DNA of 64,000 nucleotides from Octopus vulgaris (taxonomy: Eukaryota): contig OX597819.1 of the NCBI GenBank assembly GCA_951406725.2, positions 112,716,001 to 112,780,000 on the forward strand. Direction: 5' to 3'. The notes under the pieces are model-generated. The model saw only the letters and a list, made by a program, of their open reading frames with translations, searched no databases and was not told where the DNA came from. The translations under genes and the position numbers were made by a program. The stretch's first letter is position 1. Every line of letters starts with the position of its first letter. Below are positions 14,906-28,750 of the stretch, piece after piece.

Positions 14906-15715
14906 GTAAAAAAGTACAAACTGGGACAAGAACGCAAAACATTTAGAAGACGATACAAAAACACGGATGGGACATTCAAAGCCTTCAATCTTCAGTCAAG
15001 AACCGGATCATCCTCGCAATTTCGGCTGATTAATATATATATATATATATACATATATGCATTATGTATGTATAAATGAATGTATTTATACAAACACATG
15101 TGTGCTGAAACACACACACACATACACACACAAACATAGACACACTGCATATCTTTCATAAGTGTTTTATCATTAATTAGCAAATGAGTTTATTCATAAT
15201 AAAGCAGAAACACAAATACTACATGTGTTTTTGTTGGCAGAATGAACCCCCACCATGAACAACATCAACAACAACAACATACTTATATTTGTTATCTTAT
15301 TTCTTTTGTGGTACAAAGACATAAAAAAACTTTCATTACAAACTTGTATTACATGTATATACATTGGATTTGATGGACAGCTGTAAGTAGCAAGCATCAG
15401 ATACATGTTGGCTTATGGTTAATGTAAATAGGAACTACACGTCTAGAACAGATCACAGTGTCGTTCAATGAAGCTTTCGGTTGTCTGCACATGTACACAC
15501 TTGTTCATTAAGGAGTGAAATCGCGAAACAGATATCTGATGAATGAATGAATGAAATTCTTGAATGGTATTGAACCTATACATAACTATAAATAAATATA
15601 TATTATGTGCATGTATGTGTGTGTTTATGCATATATTTGGTTATTCATTTATACATTTGTGTGTGTATGTGTAGTATGCCTGCATATATATGTGTATATA
15701 TATGCATATATATAA

Positions 15716-16053
15716 AGGGTAAAGACCCCCTTCGGTCATGAATGACTATGGGATTGCACCTAGAAAGTTACCCTCCTAGACACAAGTCCGGGCAAGGTTG
15801 TTTATGGAAGACCAGCAGTCGCCCATGCATACCAGCCTCCCCTCTCCACGCCACCAGTGTTATCCAAGGGAAAGGCAAAGGTCGATACAGCTTGGCACCA
15901 GTGACGTCGCAACTCATTTCTACAGCTGAGTGAACTGGAGCAACGTGAAATAAAGTGGTTTGCTCAAGAACACAACACGCAGCCCGGTCCGGGATTCGAG
16001 CTCACAACCTCACGATCGTAAGCTCGACGCTCTAACCACTGAGCCATGCGCCT
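15716..16053 (-). mobile_element. tRNA-derived CORE-type SINE (family D), full length
   Basis: The minus strand starts GGCGCATGGCTCAGTGGTTAGAGC...GCTCGAATCCC (A/B boxes), followed by GTGTTCTTGAGCAA and CTCCAGTTCACTCAGCTGT. A degenerate copy lies at about 37983-38130. Confidence 0.8.
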
Positions 16054-16080
16054 TATATATAAATACTATATATATAAATA

Positions 16081-16114
<34 letters not shown>

Positions 16115-16225
16115 CAATTGGTTTCATACAAGAATTTCAACAGAGTGTTAGATAACAGTCCTAGTTATGTAACCCTGGACTCATCAGGGGTAGCTGTTAT
16201 GGAATGATATATGGCAACTGCCAAT

Positions 16226-16294
<69 letters not shown>

Positions 16295-16627
16295 TATATG
16301 TGTGTGTGCATGTATGTATGCATGCATATATTCAAAGTGTACAGTATTATATATCCATTGGCAGTTGCCATATTTTATTCCATAAACCTGATAAGCTCAG
16401 GGTTACATAATTGGACTGTTACCTAATACTCTGTTGAACTCCTTGTATGAAACCAATTGTTAAAATCAGCCATAGTGGATATATAATACTGTACAATTCA
16501 ATTAATATACTCACTCTGCTGACAGATATATGAGTGCAATTTTCCTGACTTATGGACTCTTAGACTCTTAGGTAGCTTAGACACACAAACACATATATAC
16601 ATACAAACATATATGTATATATATATA

Positions 16628-16830
16628 GGTTAATCCAAACGGGAAAACAGAAAAAACAACAACACGTGGAACAATTACAGTATTATTATTATTAGGCGCT
16701 CAGGAAAATGGAAGAAGGAGGGTATGACGTTTCGAGCGGAGCTCTTCGTCGGAAACATAAGAGAAAGAAAGAAAGATCCCGAGACGGGAGGACAGAGGAA
16801 AAAAAATTGCAGGTCGTCTTCATGAGGTCA
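16628..16830 (-). mobile_element. Penelope-like terminal-repeat fragment with hammerhead-like motif
   Basis: Minus strand reads CCGACGA-a-GAGC-tcc-GCTC-GAAACGTC (16723-16757), next to (TA)n. Confidence 0.55.
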
Positions 16831-16860
16831 CATACTGAAAAGCAGTATATATATACTTTT

Positions 16861-17818
16861 ACTCTCGCTCAGAGTAAAAGGCAGACTGTATGACACATGT
16901 GTGCGAATAGCCATGCTACATGGCAGTGAAACATGGGCCGTGACTGCTGAGGATATGCGTAAGCTTGCAAGAAATGAAGCCTGTATGCTCCATTGGATGT
17001 GTAATGTCAGTGTTCATACCAGACAGAGTGTAAGTGCCTTGAGAGAAAAGTTGGACCTAAGAAGCATCAGATGTGGTGTGCAAGAGAGGCGTCTATGCTG
17101 GTATGGACACGTAGTAAGAATGGATGAAGATAGTTGTGTGAAAAAGTGCCACACCCTGGCGGTTGAGGGAACCTGTGGAAGAAGCAGACCCAGGAAAACC
17201 TGGGACGAGGTGGTGAAGAACGACCTTCGCTCTTTAGGTCTCACTGAGGAAATGACCAGAGACCGCGACCTTTGGAAGTATGCTGTGTGCGAGAAGACCC
17301 GGCTGGACAAGTGAGGCCATAACCCATGGCCCCTACCTGGGACGTAGTCAGTCCACCTATGCATACCTTCCTTCTTGGGACATAACTCTACTTGTGAAGA
17401 CCTGTTGAGGCAAGTGAAAATGGACATAATGGACAAAATGGACAAAATCAAAAGCAAACTCGATGAACATTAATGGAATTTGTAGTTTTGTGGTACCAGT
17501 GCCACTGGCACATACGAAAACCATCCGAACGTGGCCGTAGCCAGTACCGCATTGACTGGTCTCCGTGCTGAGGGCACGTAACAAACACCATCCGAGTGTG
17601 GCCGTTCGCCAGCCTCGTCTGGCACCTGTGTCGGTGGCACATAAAATCACCCACTACACTCTTGGAGTGGTTGGTGTTAGGAAGGGCATCCAGCTGTAGA
17701 AACACTGCCAGATCTGACTGGCCTGGTGCAGCCTTCGGGCTTCCCAGACCCCAGTTGAACTGTCCAACCCATGCTAGCATGGAAAGCGGACGTTAAACGA
17801 TGATGATGATGATGATGA

Positions 17819-17820
<2 letters not shown>
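16861..17820 (+). mobile_element. young 5'-truncated RTE LINE (ORF end, 3' UTR and (GAT)n tail)
   Basis: ORF 16901-17314 MLHGSETWAV...ERRLCWYGHVVRMDE...GRSRPRKTW is a typical RTE C-terminus. It is followed by the family C module and the tail. Confidence 0.9.
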
Positions 17821-17863
<43 letters not shown>

Positions 17864-18314
17864 AGAAAGAGAGAGAGTCTCAAATCAAAGAAAAATAGTT
17901 CTGCAATTTGCCTATAGTGATCAAATGTTTGTGCTGCCCTCAAGTTCACTTGTACCACCAAATCAACACTACCTGAACAGGTGCTTAGTATGCCATGTTT
18001 TAGTTACTAGGAAAAGGTAAAGACAGATGGCTGTAAATACTAGATCTTTTCCTGGTGAAGAATGCACCCCCACTACATTGGCTAGTGTTTAGGGACTTCA
18101 AAGTAAGAGTTAGACAAACCAGGAGACAACAGAAAATAGGAAGAAAATGTCCAAAGATTATTTGCCAACATGACATGGCAGTCCTGGTTTAGGATGAATG
18201 CTGCTGTAATTTAGCCCCAGGAGACATCATCTCCAGGTGGCTTTACGACATGATCTGTATCCTTATATTATCGAACAAGGGAATCTAGCACCCCGACTCA
18301 GCTCAAAACAATAT

Positions 18315-18357
18315 CTGTGTATCACAATTTCCAGGTTATTTCCCTTCATCAGCACAG
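18315..18357 (-). ncRNA. minimal type I hammerhead ribozyme motif (decayed)
   Basis: ctgtg-CTGATGA-AGGgaaataaCCTg-GAAA-TTGTGA-TA-cacag. Stem I is a perfect 5 bp and the core is complete. Stem III looks like CpG-decayed ATCGCGAT. Confidence 0.65.
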
Positions 18358-19399
18358 AATAATTGTTCGGTTAGAGTACTGTTGCTGAATATCTCTCCTT
18401 GTTAGATTTACAAATAGCAATTTTCTAAAATGTCCAAAATATTATACTTTCACTCTATAACTTTCACTTCATAACATTTTTCCTTGAGCATCAGTCTAAC
18501 TACAAATATCACATTTACTTTTGTTACTTTTTGTATTTCATTTTGTATTTTGCATTTGTTTTGCTTTAAATATATATATATAGGAGTGGCTGTGTGGTAA
18601 GTAGCTGCTTATGAGTGGATTTGGTAGACGGAAACTGAAAGAAGCCTGTCGTATATATACATATGTGTATATATATATATATACAGATATGCACCCATAC
18701 AGAGGCACATACACCTAACACAGCAACACTTGCATGCCAACAAGGGAGTCACAATGGTGTATGTGTATATATGTGTGTGTATGTATATATATGTGTGTGT
18801 GCATGTGTATGTGTGTGGACATAGAATATTATATATATATACATACATACACAAACACATATACATGCACACACACATATACACACAGATATATGAGTAT
18901 ATGTCAAAAGTTTTCTTCATAGACATATGGTTTTAGTAATACCACTGTTTATGCTAAATGAAGTACTAACTTCAAACGTCTAATTTAACACAACATTCAA
19001 CATACATGCATACACTTGCATAGATATACCCACAAATATTTATACACAGAAATACGCACATATTCAATTACCTCCAAATATTTACAATATCCTTATGAAC
19101 ACATGCACACTCAATCATTATATAAATATGCCAATGGCACATAAAAAGCACCATCCGATCGTGGCTGTTTGCCAGCCTCGTCTGGCACCTGTGCCGGTGG
19201 CACGTAAAAGGCACCCACTACACTCAAGGAGTGGTTGGCGTTAGGAAGGGCATCCAGCCGTAGAAACATTGCCAGATCAGACTGGGCCTGGTGCAGCCTT
19301 CTGGCATCCCAGACCCCAGTTGAACCATCCAACCCATGCTAGCATGGAAAGCGGACGCTAAACAATGATGATGACGATGATGATGATACACACACACAC

Positions 19400-19450
<51 letters not shown>

Positions 19451-20107
19451 TACATAAATATACCATCGTCATCATCATCATCATTTAATGTCTGCACAGG
19501 AGCCAGTCCAGCAGCACTGGCAATGACCTCACTCAAAAGCTTTTTCACATGCTACTGGCACAAGTGCCAGTAAGGAGATGCTGGTAACGATCACACTCAA
19601 ATGGTGCTTTTTATGTGCCACTGGCATGGAAGCCAGTCAGCTGGTCTGGCAACGATCATGCTCGAATGGTGCTCTAAGCGCTCCACTAGCACAGATGCCA
19701 GACAACACACACACACGCATATATATACCGGAGTAAGTAGATAAATGCGAAACAAGGTGGAAAAAATAGTACTTGAATACCAGAGGTAGAGTAATATGCT
19801 TTATTGAAACGCAGCAAAAAATATATCACAAAAACTGTTACTCAGAGTTTCATGTTCCCGTTTAGAATTCTAAACAAAACTGTCCAACGAACAGGAACAT
19901 GAAACTCTGAGTAACAGTTTTTGTGATTTACTTTTTGCTGCTATGCAATAAAGTATATATATACATATTTATGGAAAGTGGATGTTAAAGGATGATGATG
20001 ATGATGATGATGATGCTATATATATATAAATATATAAATATATATGTGAATATATAAATATATATATAAATATATACATATATATATATATATGAATATA
20101 TACATAT

Positions 20108-20154
<47 letters not shown>

Positions 20155-20529
20155 GAAACATACTTATACACATACACAAACACACACACATATTCACCAC
20201 CTCATTTTTTTGTGTGTGTTGGTGTGTGCGTTGAACTGGAAATAAGTTCAATGAAGGACAGTTATCTGAAGCCTTAAAGCAAACTGTCACATGATACACT
20301 CACATGACACAGTCACATGGTGAACTAAACTGAGTGACCCACTAAACTCACACCTTGTTATGTAAGTTAGACAGATTCTTCTACCATTGCAACTGCTACT
20401 ACTACTCATATTACACATACATAGGCACACACATAAGTACATACCTCTAACACAACTATAGTTGCAAACCAACAAGTAGGTTGCACTGTAGTTGCTTGAA
20501 CTGCTAGAAATAGACAACAAATCTCCCTC

Positions 20530-21237
20530 AAGTATAGGGACAAGGCCTGAAATTTGGGGGATGGGGACAGTGTTTCCCTGGTACTTCATTTATCAACCCC
20601 AAAGGGACGAAAGGCAAAGTCGATCTCGGTGGAATTTGAACTCAGAACGTAGCAACAGGCAAAATACCTATTTCTTTACTACCCACAAGGGGCTAAACAC
20701 AGAGAGGGCAAACAAGGACAGACAAACGGATTAAGTCTATTATATCGACCCCAGTGTGTAACTGGTACTTATTTAATCAACCCCGAAAGGATGAAAGGCA
20801 AAGTCGACCTCAGCAGAATTTGAACTCAGAACGTAGCGACAGACAAAATACCACTAAGCATTTTGTCTGGCGTGCTAAAAATCTCCCTTAAATAATAGTA
20901 AAACTTTCTACTGTCGGAATGAGGCCTAAAATTTTGGAGAAGGGGTCTAGTCAATTACATTGACCCCAGTGCTCAACTGGTACTTATTTTATCAACCTCA
21001 AAAGGTGATGATAATAATGATGGTTTCAAATTTCGGCACAAAGCCAGCAATTCTGGGCAAGGGGGTAAGTTGATTATGTCAACCCAGTGCTCAACTGGTA
21101 CTTATTTTATTGACCCTGAAAAGATGAAAGGCAAAGTCAACCTTGGCGGAATTTGAACATAAAGACAGACAAACTGCTGCTAAGCATTTTTCCCACCATG
21201 CTAATGATTCTACCAGCTCATTGCTTTAATAATAATA

Positions 21238-21276
<39 letters not shown>

Positions 21277-21350
21277 GATGATTGATGATGATGATGATTG
21301 ATGATTGATGGTGATGGTGATGATGATGATGATGATTGATGATTGATGAT

Positions 21351-21406
<56 letters not shown>

Positions 21407-21418
21407 GATGATGATGAT

Positions 21419-21455
<37 letters not shown>

Positions 21456-21985
21456 CCTTTCTATTATAAGCAGAAGACCTGAAATTTTAGGGGCGGAGGC
21501 TAGTTGATTACATCATCCCCTGTGCATAACTGGTAGTTATTTAATCGACCCTGAAAGGATGAAAGGCAAAGTCAACCTCAGCAGAATTTGTACTCAGAAC
21601 ATGAAGATGGACGAAACACTACTAAGCATTTTGTCTGGTGTGCTTACGATTCTGCCAGCTCACCACCTTCTTAATAATAACAATAATAATAATAATGATA
21701 ATAATCCTTTCTACTAAAGGCACAAGGCCTGAAATTTGGGGTAGGGGGATAATCAATTACATCGACCCCACTGTTTCATTGGTAATTAATTTATCAACCC
21801 TGAAAGGGTGAAAGGCAAAGTCGACCTCAGCGGAATTTGAACTGAGAACGTAAAGATGGACAAAACACCTCTAAGCATTTTGCCCAGCATGCTAACGGTT
21901 CTGCCAGTTTCTAGCCTTAATAATAATAATAACAATAATGATAATAATGATAATATTTTTTCTACTCTTGGCATAAGGTCTAAAA
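20530..21985 (-). mobile_element. cluster of about 6 SINE family B copies with (GAT)n/(AAT)n spacers
   Basis: Repeated GAAAGGCAAAGTC(A/G)ACCT...ATTTGAAC core. Confidence 0.8.
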
Positions 21986-21992
21986 TTTTCAT

Positions 21993-22420
21993 GGAGTGGC
22001 TGTGTGGTAAGTAGCTTGCTTATCAACCACATATGGTTCTGGGTTCAGTCCCACTGCATGGCACCTTGGGCAAGTGTCTTCTACTGTAGCCTCAGGCCAA
22101 CCAAAGCCTTGTGAGTGGATATGGGAGACAGATACTGAAAGAAGCCCGTCATATATATGTATATATATGTGTATGTATGTGTGTGTGTATACGTTTGTGT
22201 GTCTGTGTTTGCCCCCCCCCCCCCACATCGCTTGACAACTGATGCTGGTGTGTTTACGTCCCTGTAACTTGGCAGTTCAGCAAAAGAGACAAATAGAATA
22301 AGTACTAGGCTTACAAAGAATAAGTCCTGGGGGTGATTTTCTCGACTAAAGGTGGTGCTCCAGCATGGCCACAGTCAAATGACTGAAACAAGTAAAAGAG
22401 TTAAAGAGAAAGAGTAAAGA
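21993..22420 (+). mobile_element. SINE family A
   Basis: Full head-to-tail similarity to 298-690. Confidence 0.85.
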
Positions 22421-23109
22421 GTGAGATATCCAGTCAGTTACATCAACCCCAGTGTTCATCTGATATTTTCTTTATCGACTCCTAAAGGGCGAAAGGCATC
22501 GTTAACCTTGAGAGAATTTGAACTCACAACATAAAAAATTAGGAGAAATGCTGCTAAGCATTTTGTTCATCATACTGAGATTATTGTAATCAATGTCTCT
22601 GTGCAATAGAACTCATCAGAAAATATGGATATCATCATCATCATCATCATTTAACATCCGCTTTCCATGCTAGCATGGGTTGGACGTTTTGACTGAGGAC
22701 TGGCAAACCAGATGGCTGCACCAGGATCCAATCTGGTCTGGTAGAGTTTCTACAGCTGGATGCCTTTCCTAATGCCAACCATTCTGAGAGAGTAGTGGGT
22801 ACTTTTACATGCCACTGGCATGAAGGCCTGTCTGGTGGTACTGGCAACGGCCACGCTCAAATGGTGTTTTTTTATGTGCCACCTGCACAGGAATCAGTCC
22901 AGCCGCACTGGCAACTACCTTGCCTGAATGTTTTGTTCACATGCCACCAGCATAAGTGCCAGTAAGTCGACGCTTGTAACAATCACACTCATGAAAGTGA
23001 CTATAAGCCAAGTAAAGAAAGACAGTAATTATAGCTAAGATGTATATGCTTGATACACAGAGCAAAACACGGCAAAACAGAAAAAGTGAACAGTAGAAGA
23101 GCCATTAAG

Positions 23110-23440
23110 AGGAATGAGTTCTGAAGTTATCCTAGATATACTATTTCCAAATAATAAAAAAAAAAATGAAATTGCCAGAAATGGAATGCCTTTGAACATA
23201 GGTTTTCTTTATAAGTTTAAGACCAGTTCTCTGTGGGAACTCCTGTATACTGATGACTGTACAGCAGAATCTGTGGAAGGCTTCGAGAAGAAATTCTAGG
23301 CATGAAAACCAATGCTAGAATCAAGAACTGTCAGAGTAAACTTGGTAAAGACTAAATGTTTAGCAATTAGGTAAAAAGAGAGCTCTACTGCCATTAGGGA
23401 AATGACTGTGGCTGATGTGCAGAGAAGTAGATATATGGAC
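23110..23440 (+). mobile_element. RTE reverse-transcriptase fragment
   Basis: FKTSSLWELLYTDD..AESVEGFEKKF is a YADD-type motif, followed by a RVNLVKTK segment homologous to 7860. Confidence 0.7.
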
Positions 23441-23619
23441 ATTATTATTAAATTATATTTCTAGATTTCTTGCTAATAGAGAAAGTGTGAGTTTCTAACT
23501 GAGATCCAAGGCTCCTTCATTGGAATTTCAACATCAACAAAGTGGTTATGTACAGCTGTGTGTATATATGTGAGTATTTGGAGTGCATGTGTAAATCTGA
23601 ATGTTTTGTTTTATGTACA

Positions 23620-23828
23620 TGGATGGATGGATGGATGGATGGATGGATGGATGGACGGATGGACAGACAGATGGACGGACGGACGGATGGATGGACGGAC
23701 GGACGGACAGACAGACGGACGGACGGACGGACGGACGGACGGACGGATGGATGGATGGATGGATAGATGGATGGATGGATGCATGGACGGATGGATGGAC
23801 GGACAGATGGATGGACGGATGGATGGAT
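23620..23828. repeat. (TGGA/CGGA)n tetranucleotide repeat
   Basis: Direct reading. Confidence 0.95.
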
Positions 23829-24597
23829 CTAATCATAGGGCATCTAATCATAGAAGCCAAGTCAAATCAGGCTGGAACCTAATATAGCTTTCTAGCTTGC
23901 CAGTTCTGGCCAAACCATCCAACTCATGTCAGCATGGAGAGTGGATGGTAAATGATGACAATTATGATGACTTCCATTTTATTTATATTTGAAAAGTTTT
24001 CTCCTAATTTTTTAATTGCAAAGTCTTTGATCAGTTCTTCAAAATTAATCTTATGTAACCCATCTGATAGTTATATTTCCAATCATATAAACCACTTCAA
24101 ATATTATTTTAGCAAGATTAAAAAGATTTCTTTTGTGCTGTAAACCATTTACCATTTCTGTGGTTCCCTCACTTCCCTTGATGACCTAAGAATGTGCTTA
24201 TTTTGTTTAATGGTTTATCCAGTACTACATTGGCTGGATATGTTTACTTGGCAGATTGCAAATGAACAACATTGCTTGAATGATAACACACAATATCAAG
24301 ACAAGGAAGCACAAAAGCACACACACGAACACACATCCATACACATATCATCATCATCATCATCGTTTAACATCCGTTTTCCGTGTTAGCACGGGTTGGA
24401 TGGTTCGACCGGGGTCTGGGAAGCCAGGAGGCTGCACCAGGCTCCAGTGCCAGGGAGTCTGGCAGCGGTCACGATCGGTTGGTGCTTTTTACGTGCCACC
24501 AGCACAGAAGCCAGTCAAGGCGGCGCTGACATCGGCCATGTTCGGATGGTGCTTTTTACGTGCCAGCGGCACAGAAGCCAGTCAAGGCAGAGCTGGC

Positions 24598-24628
<31 letters not shown>

Positions 24629-24789
24629 AATACACTACAAGCTTCTTTCAGTGTCTTTCTACTAAATCCACCAACAAGGTTTCAATCAGCCCAAAACTAT
24701 CATAGACGACACCTATCAAAGGTGCTGCACAGCGAGATTGAACCAGAAGCCATGGGGCTGGTCTCAAAACAAACTTCTTAACTACACGG

Positions 24790-25143
24790 CCAAACCTGTG
24801 CCAACTTTGTCATGCATTTCCATCATCTCAGTACCTGTCCATAATGGTCCAGCTTCCTCCTCTGCTTTTATATGTATCAAAACTCTTCTGATCATACAGC
24901 TGTCAACTTCAATAGATGGTCCCTCTTTATGTTTACTCGGGGTTGAGCCTTTCTCATACATTCCCTTCATTCAGAATCCTTTCATAGTTACACTTCAAGG
25001 CTTTTTTTTTTTTTTAAATTTTAAACTGTATCTGTGAGGACAAGTGCACTCTGCTATGATTCTGTACATGCTTTTTCTTGACATCTTGACTCATGCTAGC
25101 ACACTGCTTCGTATTTGTGAACACCTCACACCTCTGATTCTCA
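24790..25143 (-). mobile_element. RTE LINE fragment (region upstream of the RT core)
   Basis: EGPSIEVDSCMIRRVLIHIKAEEEAGP..TEMMEM..KVG resembles the pre-RT motif V.KA...MK.GKA.GP..I..EM. Confidence 0.55.
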
Positions 25144-25997
25144 TATCACATGTATGTATGTAAACATATATGTATGCATGTATGTATGAATGTATGGATG
25201 TACATATGTACGTATATATGTATCTATTAATGTATGCGTGTGTGTACTTACATATGTATGTATTCAAATATGTGTGTGTATTACATGTATGCATGTGTGT
25301 ATGTGTTCTTGGTTATGCTGTGCCTATTTATAACACATAAACATGACACGGCAGAGATTGATAAAATAAATACCAAACTTGAATTAAGTTCTGAAGTCAA
25401 TAGGATCCACAAAACCCTTGAGGACTATGCCCTAGCATCACCATATTTTAATGATTAAAACCAGTAAGAGAATAAAGGAATAGAAGAATAAAAGAATATG
25501 TCTATGTATATATATGTATGCCTCTCCTTATAAATTTGCCCACCCTTCATATCCTCAGTTCATATCCTTTTACATACTCACTGTTTACCTTGAGAATACA
25601 GCCTGACACCTCATCACCACTATCTTTATTTCTCTCCCACCCTCATGTAATACAGGGTTGCCATGTATCTCTTATACAGTGAAATACCTGTTATTGTCCC
25701 TGTATCATACTTTGAGCACTTAATACTTGGTATAAAGCTGCCTTCCTCTCTACTGGGCCTTCATTTATGAGAGGGGACTTGATCTTGGTCTTGCAAGTTA
25801 CTTGATGACCTCATTAGTGCTGGTGCCACAGAAAAAGCACACAGTACACTTTGCAAAGTGATTGCCATTAGGAATGGCATCAAGCCATAGAAATCATGCC
25901 AAAGCAGATAATGGAGTGTGATGCTGTAATCCAGCTAGTTAAATTCTGTTGAACTGTTCCACCCATGTCAGCATAGAAGACATACTAAATGAGGAAC

Positions 25998-26044
<47 letters not shown>

Positions 26045-26130
26045 ATATGTGTGTGCATAACAGCATGTGTGCATGCATGTATATATGTGTGCATGCTTGT
26101 ATGTATATACGTATGAATGTATGTTCATAC

Positions 26131-26161
<31 letters not shown>

Positions 26162-26319
26162 TGTATGTATGTATGTAGGTAGGTAGGTAGGTAGGTAGGT
26201 AGCTAGCTAGCTAGGTAACTATATAGCTATGCACATACGTATGTGTGTATGCATGCATCTGTGTGTGTATGTATGTAGGCATATATGTATGCATGTGTGT
26301 GTGTATGTATCTATGTCAT

Positions 26320-26872
26320 TATTCAGTTTATTTCAAGATTTCTTGCCAATAGAGAAAGAACTGGTTTCTAACCTAGATCCAAGGCTCCTTCACTGGAATT
26401 TCAACATCAACAACAGGGTATTTTTGTTTTGTATGTATGTATGTGCAGATTTGTATGTTTTATGTATATATTCTCATGCACATAGTTGCATATCTCGACA
26501 TGCTCATATATATTTAAATGATAAACTTCTGGAAAGCTTTACAGATTTTTACAGTTCCAGTAACAGTTTGGATCTGTAGTTTTCGAATTAGCCTTCTCCT
26601 TCCTGGTTTTGAGAAGCCTAATTTCTCAAAATTGGTATTTAGGCAGTGTGTTTTATATCTTAGGGCCCCAGTAATTACAGGTATAAACCTGAACTTGTAA
26701 TCTGGATAAATTAGATTTCTCAATAGTTCAGCATAAGTGTTCTCTTTTTCACTGAATTTCAGCTTTATGTTAACATCTGCTGGTCAAAATATTTCCACAA
26801 CTTTCTTTCATTATTTCAGGTCTATTGTGCTTACATTTCACTGAGGTCTTCACTGGGACATTTCACCAGTGG
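26320..26872 (-). mobile_element. 3' fragment of an RLE-type non-LTR element (R4/Dong/NeSL-like)
   Basis: KCKHNRP...ELLRNLIYPDYKFRFIPVITGALR...LIRKLQIQTVTGTVKICKAF matches the restriction-like endonuclease C-terminus. Its 3'-UTR block recurs at about 23470 and 33350. Confidence 0.65.
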
Positions 26873-27487
26873 TTATGAGTGGTTATGGCTTCTACCATAT
26901 GTATGTATATATGTATGTATGTATGCATGTATGTATGTATGTATGTATGTATGTATGTATGTATGTATGTATGTATGTATGTATGTATGTATGTATGTAT
27001 GTATGTATGTATGTATGTATGCATGTATGCATGTATGTATGTATGTATGTATGTATGTATGTATGTATGTGTATGTGTGTGTATGTACGTGTATATGTAT
27101 GTATGTGTGTGTGTATGTATGTATGTATGTATGTATGTGTATGTGTGTTTATGTATGTATGTATATATGTATGTATGTGTATATGTATGTATGTATGAGT
27201 ACCATTTGAGCGTGATCGTTACCAGCATCGCCTTACTGGCACTTCAGCCGGTAGCACGTGAAAAAACATTCGAGCGAGTTCATTGCCAGTACCGCTGGAC
27301 TGGCCCTCATGCCGGTGGCATGTAAAAGCACCCACTACACTCTCGGAATGGTTGGCGTTAGGAAAGGCATCCAGCTGTAGAAACTCTGTCAGATCAGATT
27401 GGAGCCTGGTGCAGCAATCTGGTTCACCAGTCTTCAGTCAAATCGCCCAACCCATGCTAGCATGGAAAGCGGACATTGAACGATGAA

Positions 27488-27520
<33 letters not shown>

Positions 27521-27599
27521 ATATGTATTATTTTTTTTTCTGTGTAGATTCAGCTCAGATCTGCAGCCATGCCGTTTTGCTACACTGTTATTACTAAGA

Positions 27600-27880
27600 G
27601 CCTCCTCTAATATGTGGCTCTTGGTGAAGAATGCAGTTTGGCATAGCTATCCTCATTTGCACCTCTGGCTATGAGGTTGGTTCATCTGGGACTCTCAACA
27701 GGAAGAGTTCCAGCTTTGATTTAAAAACCCCTACATCTACTCTGTGCAAGTTCCTCAGACTCTTTGGGAGAATATTAAAAAGCTGTGGGCCCTTGAATCC
27801 CAGGCTGTTACAGTAACTGGTCTTGAAGCGTGATGGCATTGCTGGGATCTTATACATTGTGTGCATGCATGTGAACTCTT
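27600..27880 (-). mobile_element. CR1/L2-group LINE 3' ORF fragment
   Basis: NSLGFKGPQLFNILPKSLRN...VFKSKLELFLLRVPDEP is a typical CR1-like C-terminus. Confidence 0.65.
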
Positions 27881-28444
27881 TGTATGACCACCCTCCCTGT
27901 ACATAATTCCCTGTCCCCCTACATGGCCTTTATTTTGCTTTTTGAGCCAATAAAAATTGAACTGAATTGAATTGAAAATTGAAATATATGCATTCATCAA
28001 TATGTAAATTGAATGATGATGGAAAATCACAACCACCAGAATGTAAATTACAAAATCATAACAGAACAAAACCAAATCTTTAAACAGTGGAAATCATAAA
28101 CACTAAATAGTAAACAACCTAATCAGTGAACTCCAAAACAAAATGTGTAAAAAAAAACATTTGTATTCAAAATGCCTGTTTTCTGCAGTTCATGAAACAA
28201 AAACATGGGACACATATATTTAATTTTTTTCCACAATATTAATACGTTTTTCTGGATACCCAGGGGAGAAATTAACCTAGAAAATATGACTAAACACAAG
28301 AACAGGAAACCAAATTTAATAGTTTGTTTTTTCCTTATTCAAATTACATTTTTGTTGGGGTTTTTTTTTTTCCAATTCCTTTTTTTCTAAATTTTCAAAA
28401 TATTTTTAGAATTTGTTTTTATGTTTTTGTTTTGTTTTGTTTTG

Positions 28445-28452
28445 TTCCTTCT

Positions 28453-28484
<32 letters not shown>

Positions 28485-28750
28485 TTCTTCTTCTCCCCTT
28501 CTCCTCCTCATCATCATCATCCACCTCCATCTCCTCCTCCTTCTTTCTACTTCTTCTTTCTTCTTCTTCTTCTTCTTCTTCTTCTTCTTTCTTCTTCTTC
28601 TTCTTCTCCTCCACCTCCCCCTCCTCCTCCTCATCATCCACCTCCTCCTCTTCCTCCTTCTTTCTTCTTTTTCTTCTTCTTCTTCTTCTTCTTCTTCTTC
28701 TTCTTCTTCTTCTTCTTCTTCTTCTTCTTCTTCTTCTTCTTCTTCTTCCT
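28445..28750. repeat. (TTC/TCC)n polypyrimidine tract
   Basis: Direct reading. Confidence 0.95.

Noticed and set aside
15975-16053. functional tRNA gene (also 52544-52620)
   Set aside because: The A/B boxes continue into SINE bodies and no proper acceptor stem is evident.
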